NCBI GenBank assembly: GCA_963718615.1
Contig: OY970368.1
Location: forward strand, 3,456,001 to 3,520,000
Length of the DNA stretch: 64,000 nt
DNA from: an uncultured cyanobacterium
GTDB taxonomy: Bacteria; Cyanobacteriota; Cyanobacteriia; PCC-9006; JAAUQQ01
Reading direction: 5' to 3'
The notes under the pieces: generated by a model
The model's database searches: none
What the model was told of the DNA's origin: nothing
Seen by the model: only the letters and a program-made list of their open reading frames with translations
Part shown: positions 56,301-64,000 of the stretch, piece by piece
Numbering within the stretch: position 1 is the stretch's first letter
Layout: each line of letters opens with the position of its first letter
Program-made: the position numbers and the translations under genes

Positions 56301-57724
56301 CCAAAGCCATAGCCCAACCGCTCCGCCGGTTTGACAATGGCATCCCGCAACCCCTGCCCCTGCAACGGCCCCACATACACCGTTTGCTCCTGGATCACCT
56401 GGGTCGGTTGCCCCGTCGCCAACCAATCATTGACAAAATCAGAACGCATCGTCGTGACGATCGACAATACGGACGCTGCTGGGGAATCTGCACCCGGAGG
56501 ACGAACGCGGTTCGTCCCTACGGTCACCAATTGGGCGATAAATCGTTGGCGTTGTTCTGGGTTGATGCAAACCGTAAACACCTCCTCAAACTGATCAATC
56601 ACCAACAAAAACCGCTGCCCCGCCGCCCCATCGGCCAGGGCCTGCAACCGTTCCACAACCGGCCACAACCCCTCCTCCTCAATTTGCCGATACACCTCAG
56701 CAATCTCCCGCTCCCCAAACACCGCCCGAAAGGCCCGCTTCAACTCCCCCATCGGCTCCGGCCCCGGCTTAATCGGCCCCAAAATCCGCCAACCCTGCTC
56801 CAGCAAACGCGGCACCACCCCCGCCCGCACAATCGACGACTTACCAATCCCACTCGGCCCAATCACCAGCACAAAATTGCAATCCTGCAACTTGCGCAAC
56901 AGCTCCAACACCACCCCATCCCGCCCAAAGAAAAACTGCTTCGTCTCCGGCATAAAGGCATTCAACCCCTGATACGGACAAACCGACTCATCCAGAACGG
57001 GCTGCACCCCCCGCCGATATTGCACAATCGGCAACTCCCGCCCCACACCCAGACTAACCGGCTCCTGCGGTCCCTGTCGCAGTTGCTCCTTCACAAACGC
57101 AATCAACCGCTCCGCCGTCACCATCCCCTGAGCATCCGCCTGGGCCTCCGCCAACCCCTCCAACACCGCCTCGGTAAACACACTGTTGGTCGCATTGTTC
57201 ATCGCCCAAGCTTGCTCATGGCTCCGACAAGCCGTCAGCAACACATAGTCCCGATCTTGAAACGCCGCAAACATCTGCCGCAGCGGTTCCTTCTCCAGCA
57301 AGTAACCGCTGTGACAACAATCCAACAACATCACCAAATTGCTAAACCGCGCCTCCGCCAAATTCCGATTGAGGCTATTCAGCTTCAAGCCATTCTCATG
57401 ACCAACAATCTGTCTCCCTTGGGTTTTGATCCCACAATCCGACGCCGCCAGCACTACCTCCGGTGGGTCAAACTCATCAAAAATCTGCAACCCATGACCG
57501 CTATAAAAAATCAGCGCCTCCGCATTCGTCGCCTGCTGCCAAAATTGCTTAAACGCTTGGGCTAACTCCGCCTTACTCACCCGCCCCCGCAACAGCGTCA
57601 CCCGAAAATTGCCATGGGCCTCCAGCAGCTTCGCCATGGCCTCCGCATCCGCATCCGCCTGGGAAATCGAACTCAAGGGCGATCGATTCTCCCCAATCCC
57701 AATCACCAGCGCATAGCGAGCCAT
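53342..57724 (-). CDS. NLR-like protein: caspase (peptidase C14) - nSTAND1 NTPase - 14x WD40 - Cys/His + TPR-like tail
   Basis: YALVIGI, YSGHG and LDCCHSG dyad; CPYQGL.AF, FFGRD, GPSGIGKSS, IDQFEE, MRSDF, LPLLEFAL.ELW; start at ATG 57724 after GAAAGGA. Confidence 0.93.
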   Translation of the reverse strand: MARYALVIGIGENRSPLSSISQADADAEAMAKLLEAHGNFRVTLLRGRVSKAELAQAFKQFWQQATNAEALIFYSGHGLQIFDEFDPPEVVLAASDCGIKTQGRQIVGHENGLKLNSLNRNLAEARFSNLVMLLDCCHSGYLLEKEPLRQMFAAFQDRDYVLLTACRSHEQAWAMNNATNSVFTEAVLEGLAEAQADAQGMVTAERLIAFVKEQLRQGPQEPVSLGVGRELPIVQYRRGVQPVLDESVCPYQGLNAFMPETKQFFFGRDGVVLELLRKLQDCNFVLVIGPSGIGKSSIVRAGVVPRLLEQGWRILGPIKPGPEPMGELKRAFRAVFGEREIAEVYRQIEEEGLWPVVERLQALADGAAGQRFLLVIDQFEEVFTVCINPEQRQRFIAQLVTVGTNRVRPPGADSPAASVLSIVTTMRSDFVNDWLATGQPTQVIQEQTVYVGPLQGQGLRDAIVKPAERLGYGFGAGLLELILADVESERNCLPLLEFALSELWAQRDRQKRLLTAAAYQQMGRLQGALDARVEAVYGSLNEVERDWARRVCLQLVRIGKGETDTRQRQLKGNLLKLASGNGVQERQIVDVMGELVRGRLLVSDGAVSSDGEDGGATIDLAHEALMGGWGRFVEWRQQDRDRLRLRQKVEDALEEWEERGRNEKYLIQGGLLAELQALEGDERAQVLVTADLRDFFKLSDEAEQKSAAALKQALAIANLREARTRILSLPPAKVVDQTLMAIATVGESLEQLQEAITPVQDALNQAWSKIQERLKLEGHKSAVTCVAFSPQGDRIISGSPDNTLRLWDLEGRTIGEPFQGHTNLVLAVAFSPQGDRIISGSRDNTLRLWDLEGRTIGEPFQGHTNLVLAVAFSPQGDRIISGSGDNTLRLWDLEGRTITLGSGSANGEPFQGHTNSVYAVAFSPQGDRIISGSRDNTLRLWDLEGRTIGEPFQGHSDGVWAVAFSPTGNRIISGSGDNTLRLWDLEGRTIGEPFQGHSGSVLAVAFSPTGNRIISSSGDNTLRLWDLEGRTIGEPFQGHSGSVLAVAFSPTGDRIISGSDDHTLRLWDLEGRTIGEPFQGHSDSVTAVAFSPTGDRIISGSDDHTLRLWDLEGRTIGEPFQGHSDGVWAVAFSPTGDRIISGSEDNTLRLWDLEGRTITLGSGSANGEPFQGHSDGVWAVAFSPTGDRIISGSRDSTLRLWDLEGRTIGEPFQGHSDWVWAVAFSPTGDRIISGSRDSTLRLWDLEGRTITWGSGSANGEAFQGHSDSVRAVAFSPTGDRIVSGSNDGTLRLWDLEGRTIGEPFQGHSGSVWAVAFSPTGDRIISGSEDNTLRLWDLEGRTIGEPFQGHSDWVWAVAFSPTGDRIISGSRDNTLRLWRGGTWQDWLRDCCNQLMFHSDLVVPKTDYAHQACEVCKTHAWTRPETARFLRAQAHHLQRQGNTAEATTKLAEAERLERKDQG
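53594..55397 (-). repeat. 14 near-identical 126-bp WD40-coding tandem repeats (three carry a 24-bp insert)
   Basis: Unit QGHxxxVxAVAFSPxGDRIISGSxDxTLRLWDLEGRTIGEPF. Confidence 0.95.
56498..56521 (-). repeat. GTAG-type REP-like palindrome inside NTPase coding region
   Basis: GTAG-GGACGAAC-CGC-GTTCGTCC-T on minus strand; encodes VGTNRVRP. Confidence 0.6.
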
Positions 57725-57875
57725 CAGTCGTTCCTTTCCCTCTCTGACATAGCAAAATCCGCTGGCAATGAGACCAGCCCTCATCATAACTTGGCCAGTC
57801 CCAAAGACCCACCCGCTAAAGACCCGCCCGCTATAGTAGAGCTATCTTTTCTGAACCCTATCAGAGACAAATCCC

Positions 57876-58562
57876 ATGGTTTCCCAAACGTCCCCCCCTG
57901 AGTTCAAAACCATCGCCAAGCCGATCACCGATGAATGGGTGACAACGACTTGGGATCAATTCATCCAATTGACCGAACAACCCCAATACCAAAATGCTAA
58001 AGCCTACTACCACAACCATAAAATGAGGATTGAAACCATGCCCACAGGTTCAGACCATGCCAAAGAACATCTGACCCTGATCATGATCATTATGCTATTT
58101 GGCATCATTCACAACATTGCGCTGGATGGCCGAGACAACTGCACATTTCGCAAAGTAGGTCAGATAGAATTTCAGCCCGATATCGCCTACTACATCGGCG
58201 GTAATGCCAATCAAATCCCCCAGGGCACCCGCATCATTGATATTGATCAATATCCCCTGCCCGACCTCATCATTGAAGTCGCTGACACCACCCTTCAAGA
58301 CGACCTGGGCGAAAAACGATTACAGTACGAAGAACTGGGTATCCCTGAATATTGGGTCTGGAACGTACAAACCCGACAGGTCATCGCCTTCGCCATTGGC
58401 CCCGATTGCAGCAGCCGTCGCCTCCGCAGTTCTGAAGTTTTGCCAGGATTGGAATTAGACTTGCTCGAAACCGCCATGCAGCGCAGTTGGGAATCGGGGC
58501 AATCGGAAGTCGGGCAGTGGCTCATGCAACAATGGCAATCCGAACAACAAACAGTAAGATGA
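57876..58562 (+). CDS. Uma2 family endonuclease
   Basis: QPD..YYIG, PDLIIEVA.TT..DDLG.KR..YE.LGIPEYWV. Confidence 0.88.
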   Translation: MVSQTSPPEFKTIAKPITDEWVTTTWDQFIQLTEQPQYQNAKAYYHNHKMRIETMPTGSDHAKEHLTLIMIIMLFGIIHNIALDGRDNCTFRKVGQIEFQPDIAYYIGGNANQIPQGTRIIDIDQYPLPDLIIEVADTTLQDDLGEKRLQYEELGIPEYWVWNVQTRQVIAFAIGPDCSSRRLRSSEVLPGLELDLLETAMQRSWESGQSEVGQWLMQQWQSEQQTVR

Positions 58563-58668
58563 TCTAGATTCGTCACAGACTCTATCCCATGGCCGCCATT
58601 CAACGCCTCATCCTCGAAGACGACGTACAATTCGCAGCGAGGGCGGTGTACCCGTCCTCGCCAATGCA

Positions 58669-59637
58669 TTAACGGCGACGCCCTCGACTGAAGGACCGCG
58701 TTGCAGGCCGACGCACAGACCGACTACTGCCAAAGGAATTATTCGAAGGACGACGCATCGTTGCACCGCCTGCCTTGGGTTGAGCCTTGTCGCGGCGCAG
58801 GGTGCTGGTACCAAACCCTGACCCCGAAGCCTTGCTGCGAGCGTTGGATTGATTAGTGGCCTTCACTGGCTTGCGATTAGTTGCCGTTGCACCCTCTCGG
58901 CGAATGCGGCCTGTGGTGCGAAAGGTTTGACGGTTGCGTTCGGCGATCGGTGCTTCGTTGTACCGCTGACGATATTGGCTCACCGCACCATCATAGGTTC
59001 GACCATAGCCGCCATAACCCACCAGCGGACCGCCGCCATAGACAGGGGGGACATAGTAATGGGGCGTAAATAGTGCATTGGCAACCATTTGACCGGCGAT
59101 CGCCCCCGCAAACGGCGTCCAAAAACTCGACTCCCGCCGCACAATCACCGTCTCCTTCACCCCCGTCTGGGAATTTTCCTGGACCTCCGCCACATTATGG
59201 GTATATTCAATCCGAAACTCGGGCGTCAGATGGAACGAGGGCTGTCCGTTTTCCACCTGGAGATAGCTGTCTTGCTTCGCCTGAACTTCCGCCTCAGTGA
59301 GACGAGCCATCGCCAAATTCTCAACGGTATAGAGTGCAGACATCCCCGGCGGTGTATTCAGCAACATCAGCGAATAGCGGCCATCGCCATCGTCATAGCT
59401 GGCCTGCTGGACGGGATATTGGCCATCCGGGAGCGGAGCCTGGGACTGCACCGTGGCCGTGGGGGCGGCGATCGCCGACTCGTTTGGATTGCTTGCCAGA
59501 TTGGGACTGCCACAGGCGATCGTCGTAAGACACAGGCCCAGGCAAAGGGAGAAGATCGCCGTGCGACGCAGCCGAGCACCCAGGTTATAAAGCAGAGGCC
59601 GACACAATAGGGACTTGAATTGCATGGAAAAAGACAC
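58669..59637 (-). CDS. Lipoprotein of unknown function with basic low-complexity tail
   Basis: Lipobox LTTIAC, SSFWTPFAGA motif, R/S-rich C-terminus. Confidence 0.75.
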   Translation of the reverse strand: MSFSMQFKSLLCRPLLYNLGARLRRTAIFSLCLGLCLTTIACGSPNLASNPNESAIAAPTATVQSQAPLPDGQYPVQQASYDDGDGRYSLMLLNTPPGMSALYTVENLAMARLTEAEVQAKQDSYLQVENGQPSFHLTPEFRIEYTHNVAEVQENSQTGVKETVIVRRESSFWTPFAGAIAGQMVANALFTPHYYVPPVYGGGPLVGYGGYGRTYDGAVSQYRQRYNEAPIAERNRQTFRTTGRIRREGATATNRKPVKATNQSNARSKASGSGFGTSTLRRDKAQPKAGGATMRRPSNNSFGSSRSVRRPATRSFSRGRRR

Positions 59638-59749
59638 ACTTCCAAAAAAGCCAGCGCTTCTATTGTAAGGGAAAGCCCAAACCCGTTTTTATCGGTCAGA
59701 TAGGGCGATCGCCGTCCCCTCCCTGCGGTGACTCTACGGTTTCCAGCCC

Positions 59750-60703
59750 CTAGCGTACAATCTCCAAACGGACTGGGGCAACGCCAGACTGAATCGTGCC
59801 GAGGGACTGAGCCGCTCCCGCAGACAAATCAATTTCTCGACCTCGGATAAAAGGACCGCGATCGTTAATCCGTACCAAAGCCGACCGACCATTGTCTAAA
59901 TTGGTCACTCGAACCCAAGTGCCAAAGGGTAAAGATTTATGGGCAGCGGTCATAGCATTGGGGTCAAAGATTTCGCCATTCGCAGTTCGTCGGCCCTGAA
60001 ATCCTGGCCCATACCAAGAGGCGAGTCCCTCGGTGAAAAATTGACGAATGGCACCCATGCCGATGCTGGCACTGGGCTCAGGCATAGCTCCAGGGCGGAG
60101 TCGGGCGATCGCCTCCGGCTTCAGCGGCTCAGCATCTCCCAAAATCTGCCGCAGTCGGTTGATCCCTTGGAGAATTTCTTCCTCAGCGGTCTGGACCTGA
60201 CCCGCAAACTGGGTATTGCGATCGAGGGTGAGGAGGGGGCGATCGCCCACCTTGATTCCATAAACCCCCTGCTGTGCGTCCCAGGTTGGGGTAATCGATT
60301 CACCGGTCGCACCCCGTTGATAGAGCTGATTGATTTCGGCGGCGGCGGTCGTCGCTCGGCTGAGGGCGCTGAGGGGGGAGGTTGCGACCTTATTAGTGTC
60401 AGGGGATTTAGTGGCGTAGGTTTTAGCTGAACCTGAGACTGGGATCACCGCAGCCGCACGACTATCGAGGAAGGTAAAAACAGGAACCTCTCGCACAGAG
60501 AGGGTCGCAGCGGGGCGATCGCCCCAGGTCTGGAGCTGAACTTTGGCAATGCTTTTGGGCGGCTGAAACCGTTCTTGGGAATAGGGTTTACCCACTTTGC
60601 GAACTACGGGGGCGGGAAATGCCTCACTGGGAAACCCTAAGCTGGTGAGACTGAGGAGCACAATTAGGGCAGTCGTGCCCCAGCCGGTGAATTGGAGTTG
60701 CAT
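59750..60703 (-). CDS. rlpA: Septal ring lytic transglycosylase RlpA family
   Basis: [40 protein letters not shown]. Confidence 0.9.
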   Translation of the reverse strand: MQLQFTGWGTTALIVLLSLTSLGFPSEAFPAPVVRKVGKPYSQERFQPPKSIAKVQLQTWGDRPAATLSVREVPVFTFLDSRAAAVIPVSGSAKTYATKSPDTNKVATSPLSALSRATTAAAEINQLYQRGATGESITPTWDAQQGVYGIKVGDRPLLTLDRNTQFAGQVQTAEEEILQGINRLRQILGDAEPLKPEAIARLRPGAMPEPSASIGMGAIRQFFTEGLASWYGPGFQGRRTANGEIFDPNAMTAAHKSLPFGTWVRVTNLDNGRSALVRINDRGPFIRGREIDLSAGAAQSLGTIQSGVAPVRLEIVR

Positions 60704-61281
60704 AACAAAAAAGTTGAAAAGGCCAAGCAGGCAACACAAAATGGCTTTTGTGTCACAACAACACGGGCTGGCATCACATTGACCTCACAGACCTGACAGG
60801 GACTCCATCGGTAGGGACTTCGTCGGTAGAGATTTCACAGGGGGGAGCTGTGATCTGGCATTTATCCTAGGCAATTTAATCTTGAGCGATTTAATCTTGG
60901 GCGATCGAATAATCCCAAAGCATCAGAACATTTCGGGATCTTAGAATGCTGAGCGGTTAAGGCAATTCGGGCACAATTACCGGACTAAGGTGATTTGCAG
61001 CCCCAGGGCATCCGCAGTCTAACGGATTTTTAGCGGAGCAGGGGATAACCAGGAAGGAGCCTTGGCACGGCATAATTCTCGATTGAGTCGTTCCCTGGAA
61101 AGGCTTTAGGGCGTTTTGACCAGGACGTCAGGAAGAAATGACAAAAAATCAAGCTATTTGCGTAGATTTACGGGGAGAGGCCGATAGCTGACCCACGACA
61201 AACGTCCTCAAAAACCGCTACAGTGACCTTCAGGAACGCCCGTACCAAGTTAACGTTGTTTTGCATTGGGTCGTGAGTTCG

Positions 61282-62397
61282 ATGGCGATTATTTCTTCCA
61301 AATCCCCAGAACCTCGCCCTTCCGGTTCTGAAGCCTCCTCGAAGGCTCAGGTCTCTTCGAAGGCTCAGGCGTCCTCGAACCAGTCGGAACTCACGCCAGA
61401 GGCTCGCCCTGATGAGGCCGGAAAACCCGAGGAATCCCTGCGCCCGCAAACCCTCCAGGATTATGTGGGTCAGCGAGCCCTGAAAGAGGTCCTGGGCATC
61501 GCCATCGCCGCAGCCAAGGTGCGGCGGGAAAGTCTCGACCATTTGCTGCTCTACGGGCCGCCGGGGCTGGGCAAAACGACCATGTCGCTGGTGTTGGCGG
61601 CGGAGATGAATGTCAACTGCAAAATCACTACAGCTCCAGCCCTAGAGCGGCCTCGGGATATTGTCGGGCTGTTGATTAATCTACAGCCGGGGGATTTACT
61701 GTTTATTGACGAAATTCACCGGCTCTCCAAGGTCACCGAAGAAATTCTCTACCCCGCCATGGAAGACTTCCGGATTGATGTGACCATTGGCAAAGGTCAG
61801 AGTGCCCGCACACGCAGTATTCCGCTCAAGCCCTTTACCCTAGTGGGCGCAACAACCCAGGTGGGAGCCTTGACTTCGCCCCTCCGGGATCGCTTCGGTC
61901 TGATCCAGCGACTGCGATTCTACGAACTGGATGAGCTCACGGCCATTGTGTTGCGGACGGCTCAAATCTTGTCGGTGGCGGTGGAACCCGATGGAGCCGA
62001 AGAAATTGCTCGGCGATCGCGCGGCACCCCCCGCATTGCCAACCGTCTGCTCAAGCGGGTGCGGGACTATGTGGCGGTAAAGCAAAAAGGAACGGTGAAT
62101 CAGGCGATCGCCGCTGAAGCCCTAGAACTGTATAACGTGGATCCCTGTGGGTTAGATTGGACCGATCGCCGCCTCTTGAGTCTGATGATTGAAAACTTTA
62201 ACGGCGGCCCAGTGGGTCTTGATACCCTGGCGGCGGCCACCGGGGAAGATGCTCAGACCATTGAAGATGTTTACGAGCCCTACCTCTTACAAATTGGCTA
62301 TCTTCAACGCACCCCGCGAGGCCGGGTTGCGACTCCAGCGGCTTGGAAACATTTGGGCTATGAGCCTCCACCGGGAGCCCAGCTTTCTATGCTGTGA
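61282..62397 (+). CDS. ruvB: Holliday junction DNA helicase RuvB
   Basis: [42 protein letters not shown]. Confidence 0.97.
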   Translation: MAIISSKSPEPRPSGSEASSKAQVSSKAQASSNQSELTPEARPDEAGKPEESLRPQTLQDYVGQRALKEVLGIAIAAAKVRRESLDHLLLYGPPGLGKTTMSLVLAAEMNVNCKITTAPALERPRDIVGLLINLQPGDLLFIDEIHRLSKVTEEILYPAMEDFRIDVTIGKGQSARTRSIPLKPFTLVGATTQVGALTSPLRDRFGLIQRLRFYELDELTAIVLRTAQILSVAVEPDGAEEIARRSRGTPRIANRLLKRVRDYVAVKQKGTVNQAIAAEALELYNVDPCGLDWTDRRLLSLMIENFNGGPVGLDTLAAATGEDAQTIEDVYEPYLLQIGYLQRTPRGRVATPAAWKHLGYEPPPGAQLSML

Positions 62398-62454
62398 AAA
62401 TTATGCCGTGAGAACCAGGAGATCACAGAAAATCCTGAGCAAATCCTGATGCCC

Positions 62455-62973
62455 CTAGGCCGCCTCGGAAGCCGCCACAAGTTCCGGTTCAAGAACTGTA
62501 GGCTTCCCCGTTGCGCCACTGACCGCTAATTCTGTGCTTTCGTCCTCTTCTGAGTCAACCGAGTCTGGGCTTGACGCGTCTGGGTCTACTCCACGGGCCA
62601 CCATGGAATCGATCATTTCTGGCAGATCAACGGGGCTAAGCTCATGGTTCCGCTGGGCTGTGCGGGTTTCGGCCAGAACGCGCTGATAGAGTTCGCGCGT
62701 CAAGGCAATGCTACCTTGACGAGGGGCCTTATTCACCGCACTGAAGGACCAGCGCACTGCATTTTCAATGTGGCTGGAATAATCCTGCTTTCCCCGGTTG
62801 ATCTGACTTTTGAGCCCCTCCAGCGAGCAAGCGTAAAGTGGTGGAACGCGATTTAGGGCATAGGTCATGAGTGCCACGATTTCGCCACGCAGATGTTTGT
62901 ATTCTTTCTTCTTGAGAGAACGAACGATCTCCTGCTCAATCAGCAGTTCCATTACGTTGACATAGATTTTCAT
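62455..62973 (-). CDS. Late competence development ComFB family protein
   Basis: Y.NVME.L..QEI ... YALNR.PPLY..S..G. Confidence 0.8.
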   Translation of the reverse strand: MKIYVNVMELLIEQEIVRSLKKKEYKHLRGEIVALMTYALNRVPPLYACSLEGLKSQINRGKQDYSSHIENAVRWSFSAVNKAPRQGSIALTRELYQRVLAETRTAQRNHELSPVDLPEMIDSMVARGVDPDASSPDSVDSEEDESTELAVSGATGKPTVLEPELVAASEAA

Positions 62974-63546
62974 GGCGCGTTGAACCCTTGACTCTGATGC
63001 AAACAAGATACAAGAACAAAAAAGGAGAATTTAGAAATTTCTCCGACCGTGAAAGATTGAAGAAAGGAAGGAAAAAAACAGGTCGTAATTCTTCGGTGCT
63101 ATGTGGGTATTTTCCCTGTTGATTGACTAGAACGGCATCCGCAATTTCAACTTCTTTGTTAATCCTTTATTGAGACTTCAAAAGTGGGAAAAATGCGGAG
63201 ACCGAAACATAAAAATATCGAAAAAGCTAAGCGATTTCGAGGAGAAAATAGGCCATCTTTTTATCTATGTCCTGAACTAAATATGGTCTTTAAAACACCA
63301 TCAGAAACTTGTGAGAATTTCAGGAGACCGATAGACATTGAATGTCTTCATGATTCAGCAATTGTGCGGTTGTGATTGGAGAATAGCTCAAAATTGGCTG
63401 GGGCTAGCCAGTCCCTGCCCTAGAGTGCCCGAGAGTTACCCCAAGGCTGCCAGGAAATCTCGGGAACCGTTTGCGGAAGTTTCTCCCCCTTTGGCAGAAA
63501 CTTCGTTATTTTTGAGGAGTCGTGTGGGGTGAGGAATAGCTTTGGA

Positions 63547-64000
63547 ATGTTTGTGCCTATGTTGAGTCCTGCGGATGGGATGCGAGGGTTAATGCGAAGG
63601 CTGATGATGGGCTTGCCGGGGAGCGGGCTGGTTTGTTTGCTGACAGGGCTCGGGCCAATCCAGCCGGTGCTTGCTCAAACGACAGTTTCGACTGTTGGCT
63701 CCGGTGTAACCTCCCCAGCGGCTTTTGTTACACCGCCAGATGCCAAGGAGCTCAAGGCTTTGGGGGAGGGGGTGCAGACAGCGATCGCCACGCCCGCGCA
63801 GCGAAAGGCCCAGCGGAGCTTGGTGATTCGCCTGAGCCAGCGTCGGGTCTATGTCTATGAACAGGACCATTTGATGGTCAGCTATCCAATCGCCGTGGGC
63901 AAGCAGGGTTGGGAAACGCCGACGGGGGACTGGGAGGTTTTCCAGATGATTCAAGATCCCAGTTGGCAGCATCCCTGGACCGGCGAGATTGTGCCACCGG
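63547..64000 (+). CDS. L,D-transpeptidase (YkuD family), runs off window end
   Basis: Own translation: LVIRLSQRRVYVY....SYPIAVGKQGWETPTG.W.V..MI.DP.W.HPWTG; start uncertain. Confidence 0.85.
   Translation, partial: MFVPMLSPADGMRGLMRRLMMGLPGSGLVCLLTGLGPIQPVLAQTTVSTVGSGVTSPAAFVTPPDAKELKALGEGVQTAIATPAQRKAQRSLVIRLSQRRVYVYEQDHLMVSYPIAVGKQGWETPTGDWEVFQMIQDPSWQHPWTGEIVPP

Larger units (their letters stand above)
1..64000. repeat. HIP1 octamer GCGATCGC dispersed throughout
   Basis: Dozens of copies (e.g. 6, 1092, 2912, 7752); marks a HIP1-rich cyanobacterium. Confidence 0.9.

Noticed and set aside
55589-57565. 658-aa plus-strand ORF
   Set aside because: Antisense shadow of the G-rich caspase-STAND gene; low-complexity P/H/Q/L composition.
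1-64000. tRNA/rRNA genes
   Set aside because: No cloverleaf or rRNA-like sequence recognised by eye; a tRNAscan/Infernal run would be needed to exclude them fully.

Overview
Cyanobacterial chromosomal DNA (dense HIP1 octamers GCGATCGC; petCA, petF, OCP/FRP, nrtABCD). Most of it is housekeeping or signalling genes: ftsX, rpiA, tatC, petC-petA, pepP, ftsH, a Wzc-like kinase, ruvB, rlpA, an ocp-crtW-frp photoprotection cluster and an NtcA-driven nrtABCD operon. It also holds one complete IS3 element, a GMC-oxidoreductase pseudogene, three Uma2 genes and an HTH-NACHT gene. The outstanding feature is at about 50.7-57.8 kb. A caspase-nSTAND-14xWD40 (NLR-like) gene is followed by three two-gene toxin/partner cassettes: a polymorphic-toxin-like nuclease plus partner, antitoxin-VapC, and antitoxin-MazF. 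Each cassette is bracketed by a diverged copy of the NLR gene's own 3' end, giving an integrase-free cassette array anchored on an immune-receptor-like gene. The same gene carries hypervariable 126-bp WD40 repeats, a 24-nt in-frame mini-element inserted at CG^ATCG in three repeats, and an in-frame GTAG-type REP palindrome. All calls come from motif recognition by eye; no searches were run.
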